Source: Octopus bimaculoides (taxonomy: Eukaryota). From it: a stretch of 64,000 bases of DNA. The first letter of the stretch is position 1. Each line of letters starts with the position of its first letter. The position numbers and the translations under genes were made by a program. This document shows positions 53,770-64,000 of this stretch, one piece after another. The stretch covers positions 153,208,229-153,272,228 of the forward strand of contig NC_068982.1 in the NCBI RefSeq assembly GCF_001194135.2, in the 5' to 3' direction. The notes beneath the pieces are model-generated. The model ran no database searches and was not told where the DNA came from. It saw only the letters and a program-made list of their open reading frames with translations.

Positions 53770-54390
53770 CGTGGGTTCCAATAGGCTAGCAGGAATTACA
53801 TGGAATGTAAACACGTTCCGAAGACTTCCGTTCTGAGGCTCAGGATTTTCCCTGGGAGGGAGTCCCTCAGGATACTCGCCCATTTCCCTATTCATAATTC
53901 ACAGCGATTGGTCCCATTAATGTAGGGACATGGATTTTCTAGGATTCTTCATGATATCGTGTATGGAATCCCGTCGTCTATCAGCTGCCATACACGGTTC
54001 GCTAATGACGTGACGAGTCTCCTCTCCGCTATCCTATGAAGGATGATCTGTGGTTGGAGAAGCGTTGTCTGAACGAGTTTCCGGAACAGCCGATCTATCT
54101 CTGTGGTCAGGTGTTGACGGTGGTGTGTCTGTTGGTGTTGGCGTCATGGGAGGTGGCAATGGTGTTGGTACCACCGCTGCCGCTGTTGGTAAAGGTGCCG
54201 TTGTTGTTATCATGGGCATCGCCATTGATGAAGTCGCTGTTATTGTTGTTGTAGATGCCATTGGCGATGTCTCTGCTGATATTTCCGTTAGAGATATTGC
54301 TGTTGCTGTTGTCGCTGTAAATTGTTGTTATCGCTGGCGATGGTACTGCTGCTGCTGCTATTGGAACTGTCGACCCTGCTGAAAAAGACG
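53770..54390 (-). mobile_element. Penelope-like element C-terminal relic (T/P-rich linker plus endonuclease C-terminus)
   Basis: TSLANRVWQLIDDGIPYTIS*RILENPCPYINGTNRCEL..ILSLRTEVFGTCLH, preceded by a Thr/Pro/Ala low-complexity linker. Confidence 0.75.
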
Positions 54391-54450
54391 ATATACTACT
54401 GCTCTATAACTTAGAGTGTGTTTCTTTTTTCGGATTTATATTTACAGACG

Positions 54451-54486
<36 letters not shown>

Positions 54487-54516
54487 ATGTGTGTGTGAGT
54501 GTGTGTGTGTGTGTAT

Positions 54517-54548
<32 letters not shown>

Positions 54549-54823
54549 ATGTTTGTATGTGTATATATGTATATATGCATGTACGTATGTATGTATGTCG
54601 ATTACTAATCGAACAGTGAGGATAGGTGCTCATGATCAAATTGGCTACCGTTGGTTTTATGTTCAGTGGTAGAGATGGTGTAACGTCCTATGAAAAATGC
54701 TTCATAATTGTAAAGAAATATACCACTCTCAACATGAAACCATTAGTAGCCTGGTTAACTGAAAACGTGTATATATGCATATACATATACAAAAATATAA
54801 ACCCGTTGAACAGTTGGAGCCTT

Positions 54824-54866
<43 letters not shown>

Positions 54867-55430
54867 CTCAATATGTCTGTTATTTTAAAGACAAGCGCAT
54901 AAGATTTAGAGGTTTCTGTCCATTTGTTTCTAACATTTGAAGTGAACTTAAACAGACCTATTTCTTGTAAAACAAAACAGCGTTTATGATTGAGCTCTTT
55001 ATATTTTATATACACTCTTGTTCATAGTGTGCAAGGTATTTAAGGATTAAAATGATAAAGCGCAGAGTTAATTTAATTTTTCTATTTTGTTTAGTAATTA
55101 TTTGTATTGATTTTTTTCTTTATAACTCCGATTTCCAGTGATGGAACATTGAAATATTTAGTAATGGTTCCCTAACCCTAATCCTAGTACTATACTTACA
55201 CATGTCACAGTGCTTCAAATTTTATGCTTTCCTTCCTTCAGTCTTCATGTGAATGACAGGCTGTCTATAAACTAAATGTTACAGCTATTCAAGATTTTTC
55301 TTTAACTCAGTAACTCCACCCACTCACATAATCTGTCAAACATCTTTTCCCTCACACAATCCTCTCTCTCACACTCATCTTTCTCTTTCTTTCTCTCTCT
55401 CCCACACACATCTTCTTTCTCTATCTTTCA

Positions 55431-55487
<57 letters not shown>

Positions 55488-55494
55488 GCTCTCA

Positions 55495-55549
<55 letters not shown>

Positions 55550-58500
55550 TTTCAACTCCTACTCGTTTTGCTCTAAGTTAAATGGAGCATTCGGAGAGGA
55601 GCACCCAACAGGATATAAACACATGACTCTCCAGTCGAACAGCCGATCTCATAACCATGTGTCTTTTGCGATTTCGTATCTGTTTTAGATTGAATTTTGT
55701 ATAAAAATATTTCCTGCGGCACCTTAAGAAATGACGTAGGCTTGGCTGTGTTGAGAAAACTAAAAGAGAATTCATATTTTTCCCCTCTCTCCCTCTCTTT
55801 CTCCCTCCTTCTCTCTTTCTCCTTCCCCCCTCTCTCCTTCTTTCTTTCAGCAATCACACGTAATCGAATATGACTTGGTAGTAGAAAAACGTTGGTTTTT
55901 CAAATTTAATTAATAAACTTCAACGATACATTTCTCTTTCCTGTATATGTAGCCCAAACGCTGGTACAAGCATGACTGCAGTTATTGTAGAATCCTCTTG
56001 GCCGATCTAGTGTAATGAAGCTTGCTCTAACTTTTTCACTGTAACGTTTTGTACTTGTTCTTTTTAATTTGGTTTTTCAACATTTATTTTTTTCCTCTCT
56101 ACTTGCCGCCATATTTTGCAATCATCACTGTCTTTTGTATGGAGGAGAAATCGAGACATCCCTGCCAAGGGCATCTGTATTTGAATGCCCAGTGTCCTCA
56201 GTACAGATCCCCTGTTACACTCCAGGAAACCCCAAATCAGGGAGGATATATTATAGACTAGCAATGTTTGAGCTCTAACTGATAATCAAGCTGGAGATCT
56301 AATCACTTAAAACCATGTTAATTGTATATCTAAGATGGCGCGACTATCATCTCATCAGCTTTTCGATGTGTCCTCAATAAAGTGCCTAAGTCTGGGCAGA
56401 ATACAACAGATATGATAAAATTACTCGTCGTTGTATTTTGCAGTTTTATGCATTTTTGTTTTTAGAGTCCAACTTTGAACTTCATGATGGCCAGTGCAGT
56501 AGAATGTATGCAGCAAACGATGTACTTTCCAATATATTGATATCAGAAATTGTGATCTTATTCACTACATTTAGAGGCTGGATTGTGATTAGGATGATTG
56601 GGGTCTATTTTCTAGCACTACAGGGTCAGGTTGCTACTTGTCTTCTGTCTTTTTTACGTTAATTAACAGGTTGAAAAAGGCGCATTTTCGAACGATGCAC
56701 AATTCTCTGGGTGTTTTCTAGTGAATGAGCTACAACACTTGTATTATTACCGATTCAACTTCGTGAATATATATATANNNNNNNNNNNNNNNNNNNNNNN
56801 NNNNNNNNNNNNNNNNNNNNNNNNNNNNNNNNNNNNNNNNNNNNNNNNNNNNNNNNNNNNNNNNNNNNNNNNNNNNNNNNNNNNNNNNNNNNNNNNNNNN
56901 NNNNNNNNNNNNNNNNNNNNNNNNNNNNNNNNNNNNNNNNNNNNNNNNNNNNNNNNNNNNNNNNNNNNNNNNNNNNNNNNNNNNNNNNNNNNNNNNNNNN
57001 NNNNNNNNNNNNNNNNNNNNNNNNNNNNNNNNNNNNNNNNNNNNNNNNNNNNNNNNNNNNNNNNNNNNNNNNNNNNNNNNNNNNNNNNNNNNNNNNNNNN
57101 NNNNNNNNNNNNNNNNNNNNNNNNNNNNNNNNNNNNNNNNNNNNNNNNNNNNNNNNNNNNNNNNNNNNNNNNNNNNNNNNNNNNNNNNNNNNNNNNNNNN
57201 NNNNNNNNNNNNNNNNNNNNNNNNNNNNNNNNNNNNNNNNNNNNNNNNNNNNNNNNNNNNNNNNNNNNNNNNNNNNNNNNNNNNNNNNTGACAATATACT
57301 ACAACTTTGTCGCTCCACTACTGCTTAAATCTCTCTGAGAGATTTAGAAATATTATATTTCTAATTATATATATATATATATATATATATAGCCTGGCAC
57401 TTTATAATGGATCATTGACTCGATATGTGCTACTGATCACCATCCATTCTTGTATGGATATAAGCACCAAATCTGAACAGGGCCCACTTGTTCTTGAATA
57501 AGGCAAATACAAAGGTCTACTTTATTTCACAGGCGAATTTCAACAATGAACATAAATATCTTCAAATGTTCAGAGAGAATAGCTATTTATATAAAACTGC
57601 GCTTCGTTTCGTAGAATCGACGAATCAAATCATTATAGTTACATGGGAAGTCATGATACAATGGACATTGTCGATATATAATTAAATAATTTTCTAATCT
57701 AAGAACTTGATTCGATAGATAGGGTTAGGTTATCAAATCTATCCCAGTAGATATAATATCCTAACCCCATCTTTCTTTTCCTTCAAATGTTGAATGGCGA
57801 AGTTGGGATTTGAACCAGAGAACGTTGATCGGTGTATCTAATTGCTTCGACTCCGATGCATGAACAATGTCACCTCTGTATCAGCCTCTTATTTTGTTAT
57901 AATAATGACGTGAAGTATGTCTGACCACGTGCGGACTCGATCAACTCAGTGGCAAAATTATATTGTTTCTTACTGAAAAAGCTCTTAGTAATTATTGTTT
58001 TTCTAAGGTACAACGTATAATAAACCGTCTTAATAAAATAGAATTGTCATATACCGAAATGCAATGCTAGCTCAGAGAGCGCCCAAATTATTTATTTTGT
58101 ACGCTTTGAGTGATTTACTATCTGCCTCAAATTACCATACGTATTTTCATTTCCTTTGAGTAAAACTGAAAAATAAATAACGACTAATGAAACAAATTCT
58201 CGAAAAGATTGCCAAAACAACATATGACATAGCTATAAACAGGAAAAAGACATAGTACAACATACGACAAATGATGTGTGACAGACAGAAGACCAAACAC
58301 AAACTGTACTAGATCGAAGAAAATATATTATGGAAGCGAAAGGACATAAAATATTAAAGAAGATGTTTAAATATATCAAACAAGTAAAAGGTAATACATC
58401 TCAAAATTATTCTTTCGTGGAATAATTCATATTACTTAGACGACAGTACAGTGAATGCATTACTTTTCGCAAAGACATTGTGCTGTATACGAAGTGAAAT

Positions 58501-59189
58501 GTCTCCAATGATGAATCTAGACCGCATCGTTGTTTTGGTCCCATGTGATATTAACTTTTACTATAATACTCATTTGCTAATAATATTGATTTCTAAGTAC
58601 AATACCAATGTTTGCTGGCGAGGAAACATAATCGATTATATCGATGCTATTACATTCCGTTTACTGTCTACAACAAAGAGATAAAAATCAAATACGTCCC
58701 CCGCGAGTTTTCAATTTAACACATACAGGCACAATGTTTAACAGGGCTTTGCATTTTATCTCATAATATCTCTTTTTCTCTCTTTCTTTGTTTCTCATTT
58801 TTCACTCCCTCTGTCTTGCCTTTCATCGATAAGCATACTTTACGCCGTAGACTTAGCTGCTTTAACAGTTTCATATGAAGGAAAATTGAAAGTGCGAAAT
58901 CCATCATTTGTAATATATGTTGCTACCAATTTGTGTCTTGTGTATTTTACTCTAACACGCTCAAGAGCAGTCCCAATATTAAAATAAATATTTCTTAACG
59001 ATGTCGGATAAATGTTAGAATGTAAAAGTGTTATAGTCCTCAATGAACTTTATATTTACAAATATAGAGCTTGTACAAGCTCTATTTTATTTATATTAAA
59101 TTTGTAATGCTGGGCTTATTTGCACTTTATAAAAGTTAGCTGCTATAATGAGAGAAATGGATGATTCAAGTTACTTATGAAACAATTCT

Positions 59190-61165
59190 TAAAGTTTATG
59201 ATCTGTGTCATGGAGAGTGTCAAGGTATCAACTTGTTGGATCAGGTGACGAAAGTCACGGAGAGGGTCATAGCCCAAATAATTAGGGAGAGAGTTAGTTT
59301 AGATGAGATGCACTTTGGGTTTGCGCCAGGGAGAAGCACCAATGATGCTATATTTCTGGTAAGACAGCTACAAGAGAAATACCTAGCCAAAGTTAAACTC
59401 TGATCTTGGCTTTCGTTGACATGGAGAAAGCCTTTGACAGAATCCTCCGATCCCTTATCTGGTGGTCAAAGCGGAAACTAGGGATAGATGAGTGGTTAGT
59501 GAGAGCTTTACAAACCAGATACAGGGATGCTGTCAGTAAGGTGAGGGTTGGCAACGAGTATAGTGAAGGATTCCGGGTAGGGGTCCACCAACGATCAGTC
59601 TTCCGTCCCCTCTTATTCATCATAGTCCTCCAGTCAGTAACAGAAGAATTCAAGACAGGATGCTTCTTGGAGCTCCTCAATGTTGATGACATATCTCTAA
59701 TAGCTGATTCACTATCAGAACTAGAGGAGAAGTTTCAGGTGTGGAAGCAAGGGCTAGGATCGAAGGGCTTTAGAGTGAATCAAGCAAAAAGCCAAAGTCT
59801 TAGTAAATAGGAAGGCAGACAAATGACAAGTCCCTTCAGATAGATGGCCCTGCTCGATCTGTAGAAAAGGTGTAGGTTGAAACTCCATAAGCTGTACCCG
59901 ATGTAAGTTATGGGCACATAAGAGGTGCAGCAATATTAAAGGAAGGTTAACTTAGAAGATAGGTTTTTTGTGTGGCACAGGAGCAATAAGCATTGAAAAT
60001 GTGCAGAAAACAGCTTCCATTACATGCCAGAAGAAGAAACTAGAAGTTGTTGACAGCTTCCGTTACCTAGGTGACCAAGTAAGTTGCGGGTGTGGATCAT
60101 CTAAGAGCGTAGCTGCAAGCATAAAAATAGCCTGAGCAAAGTTCAGACAGCTCTTACCTCTGATGGTAACAAAGGGTCTCTCGCTCAGACTGAAAGGCAC
60201 ACAGTATGACGCATGTGTGCAAACAGCTATGCTACACGGCAGTGAAACATGGGCTGTGACTGCTGAGGACATGTGTAAGCTTGGAAGAAATGTAACTAGT
60301 ATGCTTCTTTGGATGTGTAATGTCAGTGTGCATATACGAACGAGTGTAAGCGCCCAGAGAGAAAAGTTAGACATAAGCATCATATATGGTGTGCAAGAGA
60401 GACGACTACGCTGGTATGGTGATGTGTTACGTAAGGATTAGGACAGCTATGTGAATAAGTGTCACACCCTAACATTAGAGGAACCTGTGGAAGAGGTAGT
60501 CCCAGGAAGACCTGGGATGAGGTGGTGTATCAAGACCTTCGAACGTTGGACCTCACGGAGGCAATGACAGGAGACCTAGACCTTTTGAGATATGCTGTAC
60601 TTGAGAGAACCCGGCAAGCCAAGTGAGACCGTAGCTATGGCTTACGCCAGTGTCGCATAGCCGGCCCATTTAAGTGTACCCTTCAATCATTCGACAGTAT
60701 GCCGTGATTGAGAAGATCTGTTGAGTCAATTGAAATCATTGTGATGGCCAATTCCAGTACCGCTTAACTGGCACCCGTGCGGTGGTACGTAAAAGGCACC
60801 ATACGAGCGTAGTCGATGCTAGTGCCGCCTGGCTGGCTTCTGTCCCAGTGGCACATAAAAAAAGAATACCATTCGAGCGTGCTCTTTGACAGTACCGCTT
60901 GACTGGCTCCCGTACCGAGGGCACGTAAAAAGTACTATTCGAGCGTGGTCGATACCAGTGCCGCCTGATTGGCCCCCGTGCCAGTGGCTCGTAAAAAGAA
61001 CCCACTACACTCTTGGAGTGGTTGGCGTTAGGAAGGACATCCAGCTGTAGAAAACTTGCCAGTTAAGATTGGAGCCTAGTGTAGCGTCCTGGCTTGCCAA
61101 TCCTCAGTCAAAACCGTTCAACCCATGCCAGCACAGAAAACGGATGTTAAACGATGATGATGATG
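59190..61165 (+). mobile_element. 5'-truncated RTE LINE with Cys-rich (PHD-like) insert and tandem-repeat 3' UTR
   Basis: GINLLDQVTKVTERV..HFGFAPGRSTNDAIF..QEKYL, AFVDMEKAFDR, GVHQRSVFRPLLF, WPCSICRKGV..CTRCKLWAHKRC, LHGSETWA, RRLRWYG; tail ...ggatgttaaacgATGATGATG. Confidence 0.92.
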
Positions 61166-63212
61166 GTGGTGTGTGGTAATCTTTTTAAAATGCTTATTGG
61201 ATTTTGTGATTCAAATTTGTAACTGCAAAGTGTCTGAAAAGAGATGTGTTACTGATGTACTGGAACAAATTGTCACTTACTCATTTCTCATAGCGAAACA
61301 TTCTTTTAGTTCTTCGTATCTTTAAAGTAAGAGATGGCAAATTTTGTTATACATTTGTTTGATACATTAAATAGAATCTTATAATGTTCCTGCATCATAA
61401 ACATATAATGATCTCATCTGTAAAAACTCAGATATTGATATCATACACACATCCAGTTCAAAATCCTCAACATAATATTTAAAATTATGTTGAATGCTTG
61501 AAAGATAATTGATCAAAACAACGTTTTTAAGCATGGCTTATGGAACAAATTAAGGCATTGGGTGTTTTAACACATCTTATTTTAAAGATGATTTAATAAG
61601 GATTTGTCAACCGCCACACGAACAAATCAGACGTGCAGCAGCAAAACTCTGCTCACAAAGAAAAAGCCTCCAGTAGTATCAAAAGCACCGTCATCATAAC
61701 CGCTATGTCTTCATCGCTATTAACTAAATGAATTATCTTAAAATATTTCTGAATTCAACCTGACTCGTTAAAATGATAGCAATAATTTCAACTATATTAG
61801 TTTGAATGACCAGCAGGAATTTTAATTTCAGAAGCAAGTCCCTGCTTAGAAGAAAAGACTAAATTTAACAACATTTAATGGTGCTTTTTTTTCCATGTCA
61901 TCTCTATTTAACCAAAAGTACATATAACATTTCCCGTACACCATAATATTATGATTAGCCCATAAGATTATATAGCTAGAACATAGAAGAATAGAATAAT
62001 GATGTTAAAGGACAGCAAATGGTTTTGCAAACGAAAATTGACATGAACACTAACTAGCATGCTTGTCCTTTCTTTAACATAAGGAAATCTGTAATTCAGT
62101 TTTGATAGATTAGAGCAACTTTGTGATTTGAGTAAATAATGCTTAATACATTGTCATAACTAATAGTTGACATCGTCAATTTTATGTTCGATAATAAATC
62201 CTTCTCTGTAATACATTCTAGATGAAATCAGATAAATTGTTTTTATAAGGTATATTATGATGTTAGTAATTTTTAAATTAACAATTTCATCTGTAATTTC
62301 CGTTTCACGAAAAAGTTCTATCCCTATATTCCTTAATAATTAATTTTTGAATAATTCTGTATAGTCTCTCTATGTTTTACAACATCCTGACACCAATATG
62401 AGATAACTATCAAGTGGTATTTTCGCAATTCTAATATTCAGTATATAATTTCGGATTAAAGCAAATAAAGGATAAAAGTATATACAGATGATTAGGATGG
62501 CAAATACAGTAAAAATAAGTTGGGGCTGTTTCAGTAAAATACTAATTTTAATAACATTTCTAAATATGAGTCCATAATAAGAATGTATGATTGACACTCT
62601 TGCCTGTAAACCATCACAAAGTGTAATAATTATTTTGTCATTGTCACGTTTGTTATCTTAACTCCAAGAGAATAATAGACATTTAAGGTTAAATCTCCTG
62701 TAAAGACGCAATTGGTTGAACTTAACCAACACTTTCTAAATCAGTGATTTGATATAAAAATAATGCATTTCAAAAATTTTTTTATGAATTAGAAAATAAT
62801 TAATTCCAGACGTCCAAAATTAAATCAAAAAGTCTTTTTCAAAAGAGTTTAATCTATGACTCAGATTTTTTTCCAGGGTTATAGCACTTCTATTCTATTA
62901 GGTTTTGGAAAAGCATAGAATTAAAAATGTTCTTTCATTCTCATTGAATAAACAAGGACACTCATTAATAAATTCGAGCCGAAATTACGATCTTCGATAG
63001 AGGAAAAAAGAAACTCTTTCGAAAACGGCTAAGGTCATGTGTGTAGTGTATGGAATTTGATGTCTTAAATAATCCAAGCACTAATGTACAACTTACAAAC
63101 TATTATATATTTCAAAGATGAATATACATATTTTTCATCATTTATCTGTTTAGTTAGCTAACTGCGGTCATGATGGGGCACCACCTTAAAGTATGTAGTC
63201 GAATAAATCAAC

Positions 63213-64000
63213 ATTGGTTGGTTCGTTTGGAATATTGATTGTTAGATCGTTACGTTGTTATTACGTCTGCATCGTTACCTTGTTTGCAGATAGTACACCG
63301 GTCACAATGTCTTGGAAGTACCACGAAGCCTGGAGACGGAGGATACAACATCTGGTGACGAGGGTTTCGAAGCTCACGTAAGTTATTTAACAATTTGCCT
63401 CTGATACAACTTGTTAAATTATGGAAGACCTATTAGCTTCTATAATACAGTTGCAAAAGTAACAGGAACAGGAGTTGGAGAAGCAGCTAGTACAGCAACA
63501 ACTACAACAACAACAATTATTGGGGCTATACGCTAAGTCCGAAAATGCAGTAAGTTCGTTTTAGCCAGACGGCGTATCGAATACCATAACAGAATTCAGT
63601 TATAACCCAGAGGAGGGTATAACTTTTGCAGCGTACTACAGGAGGTACGAGAGAATTTTAAAGGAAGATTGCAAAACATGGTCGGACGAAGAAAAAGTAA
63701 GGTTATTATGACAAAATTTAGCTCCGTCTGTGTAACACCATGTAGAGGTTGTGCGCTAGCTGCCAAACCACAACCGGTGAAATACTAATCGTGGCCTGAG
63801 ATGGATAGTCCGTGAACCAGGGTACATATCGACTACGCTGTACCGGTAAACAGCGCATATTATTTAATCGTTGTTGATAGCGGTAGAAAGTGGCCAGAGG
63901 CATGCAAGTGCTATAAACCAACCGTACAGACAAAAATAATGTTCCTGCATGAATTATTTGCTCGATACGGTGTTCTAGACAAGTTGGTATCAGATAATGG
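63213..64000 (+). mobile_element. Gypsy/Ty3 LTR retrotransposon, internally deleted, runs off the window (left LTR boundary approximate)
   Basis: LTR end TACAACA at 63350; PBS TGGTGACGAGG at 63353-63363; gag ITEFSYNPEEGITFAAYYRRYE..WSDEEKVRLL; integrase CRGC..RVHIDYA..LIVVDS..KWPE..LFARYG..LVSDNG. Confidence 0.9.

Noticed and set aside
54034-54382. GC-rich Thr/Pro or Val/Gly ORFs suggesting a mucin-like host exon
   Set aside because: The sequence runs directly into a Penelope endonuclease C-terminus and is better explained as an element linker.
1-64000. CRISPR arrays, rRNA, genuine tRNA genes, prokaryotic operons
   Set aside because: None seen. tRNA-like box A/B motifs belong to SINE heads.

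Overview
AT-rich, microsatellite-dense eukaryotic genomic DNA with many N gaps. The SINE/LINE families and repeat content look like a cephalopod (Octopus-type) draft assembly; this is inference, not a database result. Most listed ORFs are microsatellite or gap artefacts. A multi-exon host gene that the ORF track does not resolve runs on the minus strand. Five exons with canonical AG/GT sites and matching phases (27786-27970, 13629-13735, 9167-9355, 2136-2218, 204-285) splice into a stop-free 215-codon, Cys- and sequon-containing segment of unknown identity, with weaker candidate exons further upstream. Its introns and the rest of the window are filled with degenerate mobile elements: R4/Dong-type, CR1, RTE and L1/Tx1-like LINEs, several Penelope-like elements, mariner/Tc1 relics and a MITE, tRNA-derived SINEs, and an internally deleted Gypsy LTR element at the right edge. 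The two most unusual structures are a type I hammerhead-ribozyme fold on the minus strand (34859-34967) and a ~1 kb foldback element with inward-facing TTAGGG/CCCTAA arrays (2726-3706). Family assignments come from recalled motifs, and many TE boundaries are approximate.
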